NCBI GenBank assembly: GCA_002269645.1
Contig: NIVC01003644.1
Span: 1-30,841, forward strand
From: Macrostomum lignano
Lineage: Eukaryota
Reading direction: 5' to 3'
DNA length: 30,841 nt
The position numbers and the translations under genes are program-made. Numbering within the stretch: position 1 is the stretch's first letter; each line of letters begins with the position of its first letter. This document shows, piece by piece, positions 1 to 27,674 of this stretch. Under the pieces are notes generated by a model. That model saw only the letters and a list, made by a program, of their open reading frames with translations. It was not told the DNA's origin and did not search any database.

Positions 1-178
1 GAGGAGAGTGTGAGGGAGAGAGTGAGGGAGAGTGTGAGGGAGAGTGAGGGGAGGAGTTAGGAGAGTGTGAGGGAGAGTGAGGGGATGTGGGGAGAGTGAG
101 GGAGAGAGTTAGGGAGAGTGTGAGGGAGAGTGTGAGGGGAGAGAGTGAGGAGAGAGTGAGGGAGAGTGTGAGGGAGAT
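1..178. repeat. GA/GT-rich degenerate microsatellite (GAGAGTGTGAGG-like)
   Basis: Read directly from the sequence; runs off the left edge of the window. Confidence 0.9.
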
Positions 179-780
179 TTGCATTTTAGCACCCCAAACA
201 CAAGTTTCCAGCTACTAGTGCCAAGCAGGCAAATCTTATGTGAAACAGTGCAATAACTATTCATAATGCAGCTCCAAGGCACTTAGTCATTTATTTCGTA
301 AGGCTTACCCAAATGCAGAAACTCACACTAGTACAGCGCTTTCAGTAAATTTTATTGATTTCAAAGAGGGTCTTGGAATAGTTGAATTGTTCTCAAGTCG
401 GTGCTTTAGCCTGCCATTGTCACATGACTTGCTTCTATAAAATTGCTTTAATGAGGGCGGAGTACCCTGATTAATAATCTTTCAGTTATATACTTGTACA
501 TTCACTGCTCACCTTCCTCCCCTGCCCGTTGCCTTCGCTAACTGCAACTCCCTGCCCGGTCACGCGCGGGTGGTGAATTTGAATTGAAAATGCGTCAGTG
601 GAAGCGCTACCAGTCGATTTCTGTACTTAAGTACTTTTAAATTATGCTGTGTTTATGCACTCTATGCAGCTTGTTTTACTACTGACTCAGTAGCTTAAGT
701 TCAAAACAGAATTTTAATGCAAACTGTGATCAACCCGCCAGAATATTTGGAGAATAACAGATTTCTTAACCGAAAAATTT

Positions 781-952
781 CACTGGTTTCACACCTCCAT
801 GACCCGATCTGTCATATTCTATGACCCTATGACCTGGAAAATTTCACCTTTTATGACCCTAAATTTCATATTCTATGACCCAGACAATTTTACCCTCTGT
901 GACCCTAAATGCCATATTCTATGACCCGGACAGTTTCACCCTCCATGACCCG
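781..952. repeat. Degenerate tandem repeat with (C/T)ATGACCC core
   Basis: About 8 occurrences of TGACC(C) at ~20-25 bp spacing; CATATTCTATGACCC occurs three times. Confidence 0.7.
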
Positions 953-978
953 AAAATATCGGCCGCCGCTCATTTCAG

Positions 979-1289
979 AGGTCCGCCCAGCTGTCGGAGG
1001 CCCTCAGACAAGCCGGCTTCGTGCCCAACAAAGTTCGAACCCACTTCGTATTTGCCGAAGTACTCAAATCCATGTGGTCAAGGTTCGGGTTCAGCTTCAC
1101 AGGAAATTTCACGAAGGCTGGGGCTACAATCTCTACGCTATGAACGGACGTCCCGGGTTCGATTCCGGCGTTTCCTGCCGGTACATCTATCAGGACCTGG
1201 TGGTCACTTTGAGGACTGTCAGTGCCCGAATCGGGACAACCTCATCTGCTATATCTCGGAGCAGACTGGCTCTCTGCAGCTCAGCAAAG
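979..1289 (+). CDS. Gene 1 exon with N-terminal NTase-like signature (spans three frames)
   Basis: TTTCAG acceptor at 978 and G|GTTTCC donor at 1290. Phase 1 joins exon 1836 as QLSK-V-PIMKRMGL. GC3-rich codons switch frame at ~1106 and ~1205. Confidence 0.6.
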
Positions 1290-4200
1290 GTTTCCACAGC
1301 TTTTATTGTCTTTTAGTTTAACTTTTTAGGAAAGCCTTATGCAAGCCATTGTGGTCTTCCAGATCCCACAGTTTCCTCCAGAGTGTCTTCCAGACTCCAA
1401 AATGCTTTATAGAGATCCCACAGAGTCCTCCAGATCCACAGTGTCCTCCGGACCCCACAGAGTCCTCCAGACCCCACAGAGTCCTTCAGACCCCAACAAT
1501 GTCCTCCAGACCCCACAGAGTCCTCCAGACCCACAGAGTCCTCCAGACCCCACAGAGTCCTTCAGACCCCAACAATGTCCTCCAGACCCCACAGAGTCCT
1601 CCAGACCCCACAGAGTCCTTCAGACCCCAACAATGTCCTCCAGACCCCACAGAGTCCTCCAGACCCCACAGAGTCCTTCAGACCCCAACAATGTCCTCCA
1701 GACCCCCAGAGTCCTTCAGACCCCAACAATGTCCTCCAGACAGATCCATCAGCTCGCTTTACATTGACTGAAGTGGTCTCTGAAGTCGAGATGCAACTCA
1801 GAGATCCCAATTGCTTGTATGAATTTCAGCTTTAGTCCCAATCATGAAGCGGATGGGCCTGGTTGTCAACATGGACGGCGAAGTGCTCGACCTTGAAAGG
1901 ACTCAAAGCATTAAGCATAAGCGTGAGTTTGCTAATAATGCTTGAAAACTGATGAGTCACTTTTGTAGTCCCTTACGTCTTACTGTAGCTCATGATATCC
2001 TACTGTAGCTCCTGACATCCTACTGTAGCTCATGATATCATACTGTAGCTCATGACATCCTATTGTAGCTCATGACATCCTATTGTAGCTCATGACATCC
2101 TATTGTAGTTCATGACATCCTACTGTAGCTCATGATATCCTACTGTAGCTCATGATATCCTACTGTAGCTCATGATATCCTACTGTAGCTCATGATATCC
2201 TACTGTATCTCATGATATCCTACTGTAGCTCATGATATCCTACTGTAGCTCATGACATCCTACTGTAGCTCATGATATCCTACTGTAGCTCATGATATCC
2301 TACTGTAGCTCATGATATCCTACTGTAGCTCATGATATCCTACTGTAGCTCATGATATCCTACTGTAGCTCATGATATCCTACTGTAGCTCATGACATCC
2401 TACTGTAGCTCATGATATCCTACTGTAGCTCATGATATCCTACTGTAGCTCATGATATCCTACTGTAGCTCATGACATCCTACTGTAGCTCATGACATCC
2501 TACTGTAGCTCATGACATCCTACATGACAGACTACATGACATGATAGCCCAAGCAGTGCTGTGACACCCTATTTACCTGACACAATTCCTGACAGACTAC
2601 ATCCGCTGACAGCTGACACTGTACTTGTTAAGCTGCTCCAACTCCTAGAGTATTCTGACATTTCAATGTTCGCAAACTGCAGGAATCGCATCAACCCAAC
2701 CACCAGCGGTGACCCTCCTCCTTTCCGCAGTGACCCTCTCCCCCGCAGTGACCCTCTCCCCCCCGCAGTGATCCTCTCCCCCCCCGCAGTGACCATCTCC
2801 CCCCGCAGTGACCCTCTCCCCGCAGTGACCTGACCTCTCCCCCGCAGTGACCCTCTCCCCCCCCCCGCAGTGACCCTCTACCCCCGCAGTGACCCTCTCC
2901 CCCCCCGCAGTGACCCTCTACCCCCGCAGTGACCCTCTCCCCCCCCCCCGCAGTGACCCTCTCCCCCCGCAGTGGTCCTCTCCCCCCGCAGTGATCCTCT
3001 CCCCCCGCAGTGACCCTCTCCCGCAGCTCGGCCAACCCGGAGGTTCTGTTCACCGAGCAGCTGGCCTGCTGCCCCATTTCACTCGGCGTGCCGTGAGCTC
3101 CTTGCAGCGCCTGCCCGGAGACTGGCAGGCGGACGCCGCGCAGATCACCATCCGGCCCCGCACGTACGTTCAGCACCTGCAGCAGTCGGGCTTGAAGAAC
3201 TCCGAGCCAGCAGCCGATGTGGACTTCTCCGGCCTGGAGAGGGCGCTGTTCTGCCGCGTGGGTGAGGCTAGCGGCCACCTGTACATGCTGCTGAAGTACC
3301 TGCTGTTGAGAGCGCTGCCGCAGGCGTTGCCGGACAAGATTCGCCCGTTCACGGAGGTGCACTGCCGCCAGCTGCTGTGGTACATCATCAGCCGCGAGCA
3401 CCGAAACTACATTGGCGATGGCGAATCGTTGCTGAGCCGCGGACGTCGGGGCCTTCAGCTGATGGCGGAGCTTCTGGAACATCAGCAGCAGCTGCAGCAG
3501 CGCCTGCAGAAAGGCAACTCGCAGCGGAACGTCGCTTTTCGAAACTTCTTTGACCAGCGCCTCGGCGTGCCGTTCGACGAGGCGGTCGTGGGGCTGGTGG
3601 ACGCGCGCTTCTGTGCCGCCTGCTGAGCAACCCGACTCGCCTGCTCACCGACCAGGTGGACGCGTACATCTCTCGGCTGCGCGGCCTCGGCAACTTCAGC
3701 AGCGGCGGCGGCGGCGGTGGCGGCCTGAGCGGCTCTTATTTCGTGTTCCGGCCGCTGCTCATGACCATCCCGGGCTGCAGCAGCGCGGCGGCGAGCCGCC
3801 CGACAGCCAGCCAACTCGCTGGGCTCGCCGACTACCCCATGGTTGGATTTCGGCTGTACCGAGCGCTGGACATCCTGCTGGACGAGTGTCGGCCCGACCA
3901 GGGCATTTCGGCGGAGTTCAGCGCCCTGATTAGCAGTCTGAGGCGGTGCGCCACCACGGCCGCCGCCTGCTTGAGCTGCATGATGGCGCTGAAGCTGCGG
4001 CAGGGAGCGGGGCTGGCGCACCAGACTCTGATGCAGGCTGGACAAATCTCCGTGACGGACTGCTTCGAGGTGAATCAGCCTGACTGAGGCGGTCCTACGG
4101 GTCCGGGTGTCCATGGTGATCGTCCCTAAGTTGCAAATTTCCTGAAGTCTTGAATTCCCGGAGCCATAAAGTCCCGAAGTCATAAAAGTCCCGAAGTCAT

Positions 4201-7042
4201 AAAAGTCCCGAAGTCATAAAAGTCCCGAAGTCATAAAAAGTCCCGAAGTCATAAAAGTCCCGAAGTCATAAAAGTCCCGAAGTCATAAAAGTCCCGAAGT
4301 CAAAAGTCCCGAAGTCATAAAAGTCCCGAAGTCATAAAAGTCCGAAGTCATAAAAGTCCTAAAGTCATAGAAGTCCCGAAGTCATAAAAGTCCAAAAGTC
4401 ATAAAAGTCCCGAAGTCATAATAGTCCCGAAGTCATAAAAGTCCCGCGGAAGTCATAAAAGTCCTAAAGTCATAGAAGTCCCGAAGTCATAAAAGTCACG
4501 AAGTCAGAAAGGTCCCGATGTCATAATAGTCCCGAAGTCATAAAAGTCCCGCGGAAGTCATAAAAGTCCTAAAGTCATAGAAGTCCCGAAGTCATAAAAG
4601 TCACGAAGTTAGAAAGGTCCCGATGTCATAATAGTCCCGAAGTCATAAAAGTCCCGCGGAAGTCATAAAAGTCCAAAAGTCATAGAAGTCCCGAAGTCAT
4701 AAAAGTCCCGAAGTCATAAAAGTCCCGAAGTCATAAAAGTCCCGAAGTCATAAAAGTCCCGAAGTCATAAAAGTCCCGCGGAAGTCATAAAAGTCCAAAA
4801 GTCATAGAAGTCCCGAAGTCATAATAGTCCCGAAGTCACTAAAGTCCCGAAGTCATTAAAATCCTGAAAATTCAGCCGTACCCCAATTATCCACTCCACA
4901 CCGCTCAGGCTTCCAACCTGACGCCAAGTATGGTTGAGAACGCCCTGCTCAAGACTGACTGCGCCTGGCTCTACCGCTGCAAGCTGATTAAGGATGAGCA
5001 CGAGGACCACGTGACCGAATGTCACGGACCCGGCGGCACGGCCTTCCTGGCCGCCTACCCCGGATCCGCTGCCTGTTTTTCCCGGCCACCCAGAAGCCGA
5101 TTCTGCACAGTCAGCACTGCAGCTTCGTCTACCGGCTGCGCATCAACTTTGTGGCGCTGTGGCATTCGCTGAACACCCAGCTGGCCAGCGACTTGGGCAG
5201 CTACATCAGGCCGAGCTACGGAGCTTCAGCTGGCGGCGGCGGCCCGGAGTCCAAGAGCCAGTTGACCACCCGGATGCTGCTGGACCAGCCCGACTCGGTG
5301 ATGGATCCGCAGGAAATTGTAGCGCAGGTCTGCAAACTCAGAAACCCAACTCACCTCAACTTGGTGCCGAAATTCCCCGGCTCGATTCCGCAGCATGAGC
5401 ACGTTTAGAGAGCCACAAAATTTTTAGCAAACCTAATTCCGAGTACATGTGTGCTCATGTGTGCTCATGTGTGCTCATGTGTACTCATGTGTGCTCATGT
5501 GTGCTCATGTGTGCTCATGTGTGCTCATGTGTACTCATGTGTACTCATGTGTGCTCATGTGTGCTCATGTGTGCTCATGTGTGCTCATGTGTGCTCATGT
5601 GTGCTCATGTGTGCTCATGTGTGCTCATGTGTGCTCATGTGTGCTCATGTGTGCTCATGTGTGCTCATGTGTGCTCATGTGTGCTCATGTGTGCTCATGT
5701 GTGCTCATGTGTGCTCATGTGTGCTCATGTGTGCTCATGTGTGCTCATGTGTGTTTATGTGTGCTCATGTGTGTTTATGTGTGCTCATGTGTGCTCATGT
5801 GTGTTTATGTGTGATCATGCGTGCTCATGTGTGCTCATGTGTGCTCATGTGTGTTTATGTGTGCTCATGTGTGCTCATGTGTTCTCATGTGTTCTCATGT
5901 ATGTTTGTGTGCTCATGTGTGCTCATGTGTGCTCATGTGTACTCATGTGTCCTCATGTGTGCTCGTGTGCTCGGTATCAGCGAAATGATCTAGCGTACGA
6001 TTAATTACCACCCAGGTGCTGATAAGACAGCCCACCACCCTCACCCACTCACCCAGGTGTAGATAAGACAGCCCACCACCTCACCCACTCACCCAGGTGT
6101 AGATAAGACAGCCCACCACCTCACCCACTCACCCAGGTGTAGATAAGACAGCCCACCACCTCACCCACTCACCCAGGTGTAGATAAGACAGCCCACCACC
6201 TCACCCACTCACCCAGGTGTAGATAAGACAGCCCACCACCTCACCCACTCACCCAGGTGTAGATAAGACAGCCCACCACCTCACCCACTCACCCAGGTGC
6301 TGATCTGCTCCAGCTCGCCCAGTCGCCGGCTCCTGCTCAGCGCATTCAAAGCTCTGGTGACCGGAGCAGCGCCATTCCATCGCGAGCGCGGCCGAGACGA
6401 GTGGCGCTGGCTGAACCTGGTCCGGCTGCACCTGATGGGCACCTGGCTGACTGAGCTGAGGACTTCGCCAGGCGGTAATAGAAGCCAGCGCGAAGACTTC
6501 TGCGAGCTGGTTTCCTGGTGCAACGAGTACGACGAGCTCTTCCACTGCTCAATCGCGGGCTGTGGCGTCTCCGCCATGCTGCACACGGTCGGGTCAGCGG
6601 CCGAGGTTCAGGCGCGGTCGGTGCTGCAGTCGGTGCTGGAGACCGAGATAGAGCAGGTAATTATGCTGGGCTTTCTGATTTGTATTTAGATATGGCCGTC
6701 GATAAATTTTATTTAAAACAGTTTTTCACTACCAATAAAAGTACATTCCCCAAAGGTCATCTTAAAAAAAGCACTTAGAAATAGTATATACTACTCATAA
6801 AAACATATTTCAGAAAAGTTCTGTAAAAACTAGTACAAATCAGTGCCAATCAAATGTCAATGCAGCCAGTAACGACTGACCCAGGCATCGAATTCCTCCA
6901 AAACCCGCAGATTTTCCCCCTGACAAAGGAAGCTGGCCACGATCGTGACCTACTGGTGATGGAGCTCTACGCCAGGTACTCTTCCGACAAAAAGTCCAGG
7001 GCGCACTTTGAAAAACGCGCAAAACAGCTGGCCTCTCATTGA
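979..7042 (+). CDS. Gene 1: Mab-21 / cGAS-like receptor (cGLR)-type nucleotidyltransferase-fold protein, ~800 aa, spliced, 5' end not located
   Basis: Proposed exons 979-1289, 1836-1922, 2683-2708 (phase unresolved), 3027-4069, 4909-5327, 6297-6656, 6866-7042, all GT-AG. After correcting 1-nt deletions (~1106, ~1205, ~3093, ~3605, ~5060) it reads LSEALRQAGF...FTG(N/K)FHEGWGYNL...GFDSGVS...HFEDCQC, then DFSGLERALF...YMLLKYL...LLWY...NFF...LLSNPTRLL. These match my recollection of Mab-21 family patterns (GS-x-x-EG, SFS-x-x-E-x-x-L, Y-x-LLK, L-x-NP). Family call is by eye, with no HMM run. Confidence 0.65.
1362..1742. repeat. Minisatellite, 19/20-bp units (CCAGACCCCACAGAGTCCT, TCAGACCCCAACAATGTCCT) in ~58-bp higher-order blocks; intron of gene 1
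   Basis: Read directly; explains ORFs 1337-1835. Confidence 0.95.
1981..2520. repeat. 20-bp minisatellite TACTGTAGCTCATGA(T/C)ATCC x27
   Basis: Exact 20-bp periodicity over 540 bp. Confidence 0.98.
2709..3026. repeat. ~18-bp C-rich minisatellite GTGACCCTCTCCCCCGCA filling a whole intron
   Basis: The array begins at the GT donor and ends at the CAG acceptor. Confidence 0.93.
3027..4069 (+). CDS. Gene 1 large exon with Mab-21 C-terminal lobe motifs
   Basis: ORFs 2889-3626 and 3656-4087 join if one G is restored at ~3605 (VDAALLCRLLSNP). The 5' part reads SANPEVLFTEQLACCPISLGVP and joins if one G is restored at ~3093. Donor GAG|GTGAAT at 4070. Confidence 0.75.
4165..4860. repeat. 17-bp minisatellite AAGTCATAAAAGTCCCG, ~40 copies
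   Basis: Read directly; lies in the intron after exon 3027-4069. Confidence 0.97.
5445..5968. repeat. 10-bp satellite GTGCTCATGT, ~52 copies
   Basis: Read directly; explains the MCAHVCSCVL ORFs. Confidence 0.98.
6011..6296. repeat. 40-bp minisatellite x7 (CCCAGGTGTAGATAAGACAGCCCACCACCTCACCCACTCA) abutting the exon at 6297
   Basis: Near-identical head-to-tail units with no spacers. Confidence 0.97.
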
Positions 7043-7220
7043 TCCCGTCTTATTAGTGCTTGTAGACCGTTTTTTGTTATTTCTCCTGATTTTTCAAAGA
7101 GCTGTCTTACTCAGTAACTGGCCCCTCCTAACAAGTACTTTACAAGTCATTGATATTTGTGAAACAATTTGCAACTATGGTGCTGTTTTAACTAGGAGTA
7201 TTAGATACCTATTTTAATTC

Positions 7221-7411
7221 AGTGAGACACCTGTCTTCTCATGATAGTGAGACACCTGTCTTCTCATGATAGTGAGACACCTGTCTTCTCATAATAGTGA
7301 GACACCTGTCTTCTCATGATAGTGAGACATCTGTATCTTCTCATGATAGTGAGACACCTGTCTTCTCATGATAGTGAGACACCTGTCTTCTCATGATAGT
7401 GAGACACCTGT
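7221..7411. repeat. 25-bp minisatellite AGTGAGACACCTGTCTTCTCATGAT x~7.5, 3' of gene 1
   Basis: Read directly. Confidence 0.95.
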
Positions 7412-7439
7412 CGGTAAAATTGTCAGCCTATCAGCTCTG

Positions 7440-7500
7440 CCCTGCCCGGTGCGGTGCGCTGATTGGCTGGGCTTGGCTCTCGTGTCTCTCCCCCCTCTTC
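7440..7500. promoter_or_regulatory. Possible promoter element (reverse CCAAT box CTGATTGGCT in a GC-rich patch)
   Basis: Motif only, in intergenic position between gene 1 and gene 2; no expression data. Confidence 0.2.
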
Positions 7501-7657
7501 CCCCATAATTTATTATTTTATCTGCTCTGGTGCCGTGTGGCGGTCTTAACACTACCAATAAACAGTTTAAAACAATTGTAACATTTAAACTCAGTAATGA
7601 ATAGCAGCACTACTAAGTATAAAACCAGTTATGCTCTGTCTCCAGTGTTTCTTTGCT

Positions 7658-8638
7658 GATAATTATTGTCAGCTTGTCCCAGTGTCAGACTAGGGGATAA
7701 TTAAATTGTCAGCTTGTCCCAGTGTCAGACTAGGGGATAATTATTGTCAGCTTGTCCCAGTGTCAGACTAGGGGATAATTATTGTCAGCTTGTCCCAGTG
7801 TCAGACTGGGGGGATAATTATTGTCAGCTTGTCCCAATGTCAGACTTGGGGATAATTATTGTCAGCTTGTCCCAGTGTCAGACTGGGGGGATAATTATTG
7901 TCAGCTTGTCCCAATGTCAGACTTGGGGATAATTATTGTCAACTTGTCCCAGTGTCAGACTTGTGGATAATTTTTGTCAGCTTGTCCCAGTGTCAGACTT
8001 GGGGATAATTTTTGTCAGCTTGTCCCAGTGTCAGACTGGGGGATAATTATTGTCAGCTTGTCCCAGTGTCAGACTTGTGGATAATTTTTGTCAGCTTGTT
8101 CCAGTGTCAGACTGGGGGATAATTATTGTCAGCTTGTCCCAATGTCAGACTTGAGGATAATTATTGTCAGCTTGTCCCAGTGTCAGACTTGGGGATAATT
8201 ATTGTCAGCTTGTCCCAATGTCAGACTAGGGATAATTATTTTCAGCTTGTCCAGTGTCAGACTTGGGATAATTAAATTGTCAGCTTGTCCCAGTGTCAGA
8301 CTAGGGGATAATTATTGTCAGCTTGTCCCAATGTCAGACTTGGGGATAATTATTGTCAGCTTGTCCCAATGTCAGACTGGGGAGGATAATTATTGCCAGC
8401 TTGTCCCAGTGTCAGACTGGGGGGGATAATTATTGTCAGCTTGTCCCAGTGTCAGACTGGGGGAGGATAATTATTGTCAGCTTGCCCCAGTGTCAGACTG
8501 GGGGAGGATAATTATTGTCAGCTTGTCCCAGTGTCAGACTTGGGGATAATTATTGTCAGCTTGTCCCAGTGTCAGACTTGGGGATAATTTTTGTCAGCTT
8601 GTCCCAGTGTCAGACTGGGGGAGGATAATTATTGTCAG
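7658..8638. repeat. ~38-bp minisatellite GATAATTATTGTCAGCTTGTCCCAGTGTCAGACT(T/A/G)GGG, ~25 copies
   Basis: Read directly; the G-run length varies between units. Confidence 0.97.
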
Positions 8639-8803
8639 CATTTCCCAACACCAGGCTCATACATCTCGAAACACTAATCATACTTCCCATAGTACGGTGC
8701 TGGGAACTTGAACGCTCATCTAAGGGATTGTCCGCAACTTGAGATGAAGACCAGATCTAAGTGCGGAGGCTGAGTGAGGGGAATTTTCTCTTCCCCTCTG
8801 TAG

Positions 8804-9220
8804 TCGCGATAAAGTTCCTCACCGCGGCTTTTTGCCCGTGGCACCCAATGGACTGCGACACGCACAGCACACATGCACACAGTGCACTCCAAACTTGGCG
8901 TACCTGAGCTCCGGCTTATGCCTTTATAAACTTCCTGAACTCCCTGTTTGAGCTTCTTGGACGGCTCAGAAGCCAACTCAGCTGAGCCATTATATATCTA
9001 AGGCGACTCAAGCGATGAATCACAAAGTCTCCGCTTTGCAACTGGATCAACTCAAAATTGGCGAGAGATTCTTTGAGCAGTTGATGTTGCAACACCAGCA
9101 ACAGCAGCAGTGCTTCCGGTCTCAGCTGCTGATGACGGTTGAGCCTGGGAAAGGCGGCAGCGACATCGGCGACAGAGACTGCGTGACGCACTTGAACGAG
9201 AAGGTGGTGCGATTTCAGGA
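8804..9220 (+). CDS. Gene 2 internal exon, unknown product (frame broken at ~8915 and ~8980)
   Basis: Polypyrimidine-TAG acceptor at 8803 and strong GA|GTAAGT donor at 9221. ORF 9015-9224 extends upstream as ...AFINFLNSLFELLGRLRSQL-QLSHYISKATQAMNHK... with 1-nt corrections. No recognisable family. Confidence 0.45.
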
Positions 9221-9281
9221 GTAAGTATCTAGTACTGACTGCTTTTATTTGGGTATTGGTTTCAGCTGCTTGTAAGAGTAG

Positions 9282-10138
<857 letters not shown>

Positions 10139-10393
10139 TTTTTCGATAGATAAGGAACACTCTGCCTAACCCTACTGTTAGTAGTAGTCTGAACACTCGG
10201 GTCATTTTTCAGATTCTTTACCAATTAGGCTGCAATTTAAATTCAAACGGTATTTCATCCCTATATATTGGTCTCTAGAAGCAATGCATAGATAAAAAAC
10301 GTACATCTCGCGGCTTCTACTGCTTAGAAACAGTGAAGTAGACAGCTGTACTCAGCTGAGGCCTGTGCTGTTTCTCTAGTATTTTCTGCTCAG

Positions 10394-10554
10394 AATAATT
10401 GAACAATTTTTCTACCGCTGGAGACAGGCAAGCACGCTAAGACAGCAAGTTGCAGCAGGGAGTCTTGGCCGTTCTGTCTTTCCTCTCGGTTCTCATTCTG
10501 CTTTTTCGTTTGCTCTTTCATCGCTGCTCAACTTTCTGCCCCCCCCCCCTTTGA
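10394..10554 (+). CDS. Possible terminal exon of gene 2 encoding a hydrophobic tail ending CPPPL*
   Basis: TTTTCTGCTCAG acceptor is phase-2 compatible with the 9220 donor (EIIEQFFYRWRQ...). It needs one 1-nt correction at ~10447 to reach QQGVLAVLSFLSVLILLFRLLFHRCSTFCPPPL*. Confidence 0.25.
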
Positions 10555-10792
10555 GCCCATTCTCAAATCTTCGCCATCTGCGGCGAGTGAAAAAATGCAG
10601 GTGGGGAGGGGCTACTTAAGCTCCATAGTTTACGCCGAGCCAAAGTAGCCGAGGTTTCTAAGAAAGCTCGTTGCGAGCTCGGCCATTTATCCTGCTTAAA
10701 GACCCGCTCGTGCAGAGCTGGCTCCGACCAGACCGAACGGTGTCAGCAGCTCCGGCCAGCTGACTTCGCCGACGACTACAACTGTGGCAGCC

Positions 10793-27674
<16,882 letters not shown>

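Noticed and set aside
590-640. ATG CGT CAG TGG... as first coding exon of gene 1
   Set aside because: No convincing donor before the stop; the gene 1 start cannot be fixed from sequence alone.
2691-4183. Long minus-strand ORFs 2691-3482 and 3482-4183 (and similar ones at 22990-23451, 24537-24932, 24943-25689)
   Set aside because: Antisense shadows of GC3-rich + strand exons; no splice signals or independent protein features.
5447-6004. Cys/His-rich ORFs (MCAHVCSCVL)n as metallothionein-like proteins
   Set aside because: Pure translation of a 10-bp satellite, open in all three frames, inside a gene-1 intron.
6011-6296. 40-bp repeats as a CRISPR array (also the 38-bp array at 7658-8638)
   Set aside because: Units are head-to-tail with no unique spacers, no cas genes are present, and the context is a spliced eukaryotic gene.
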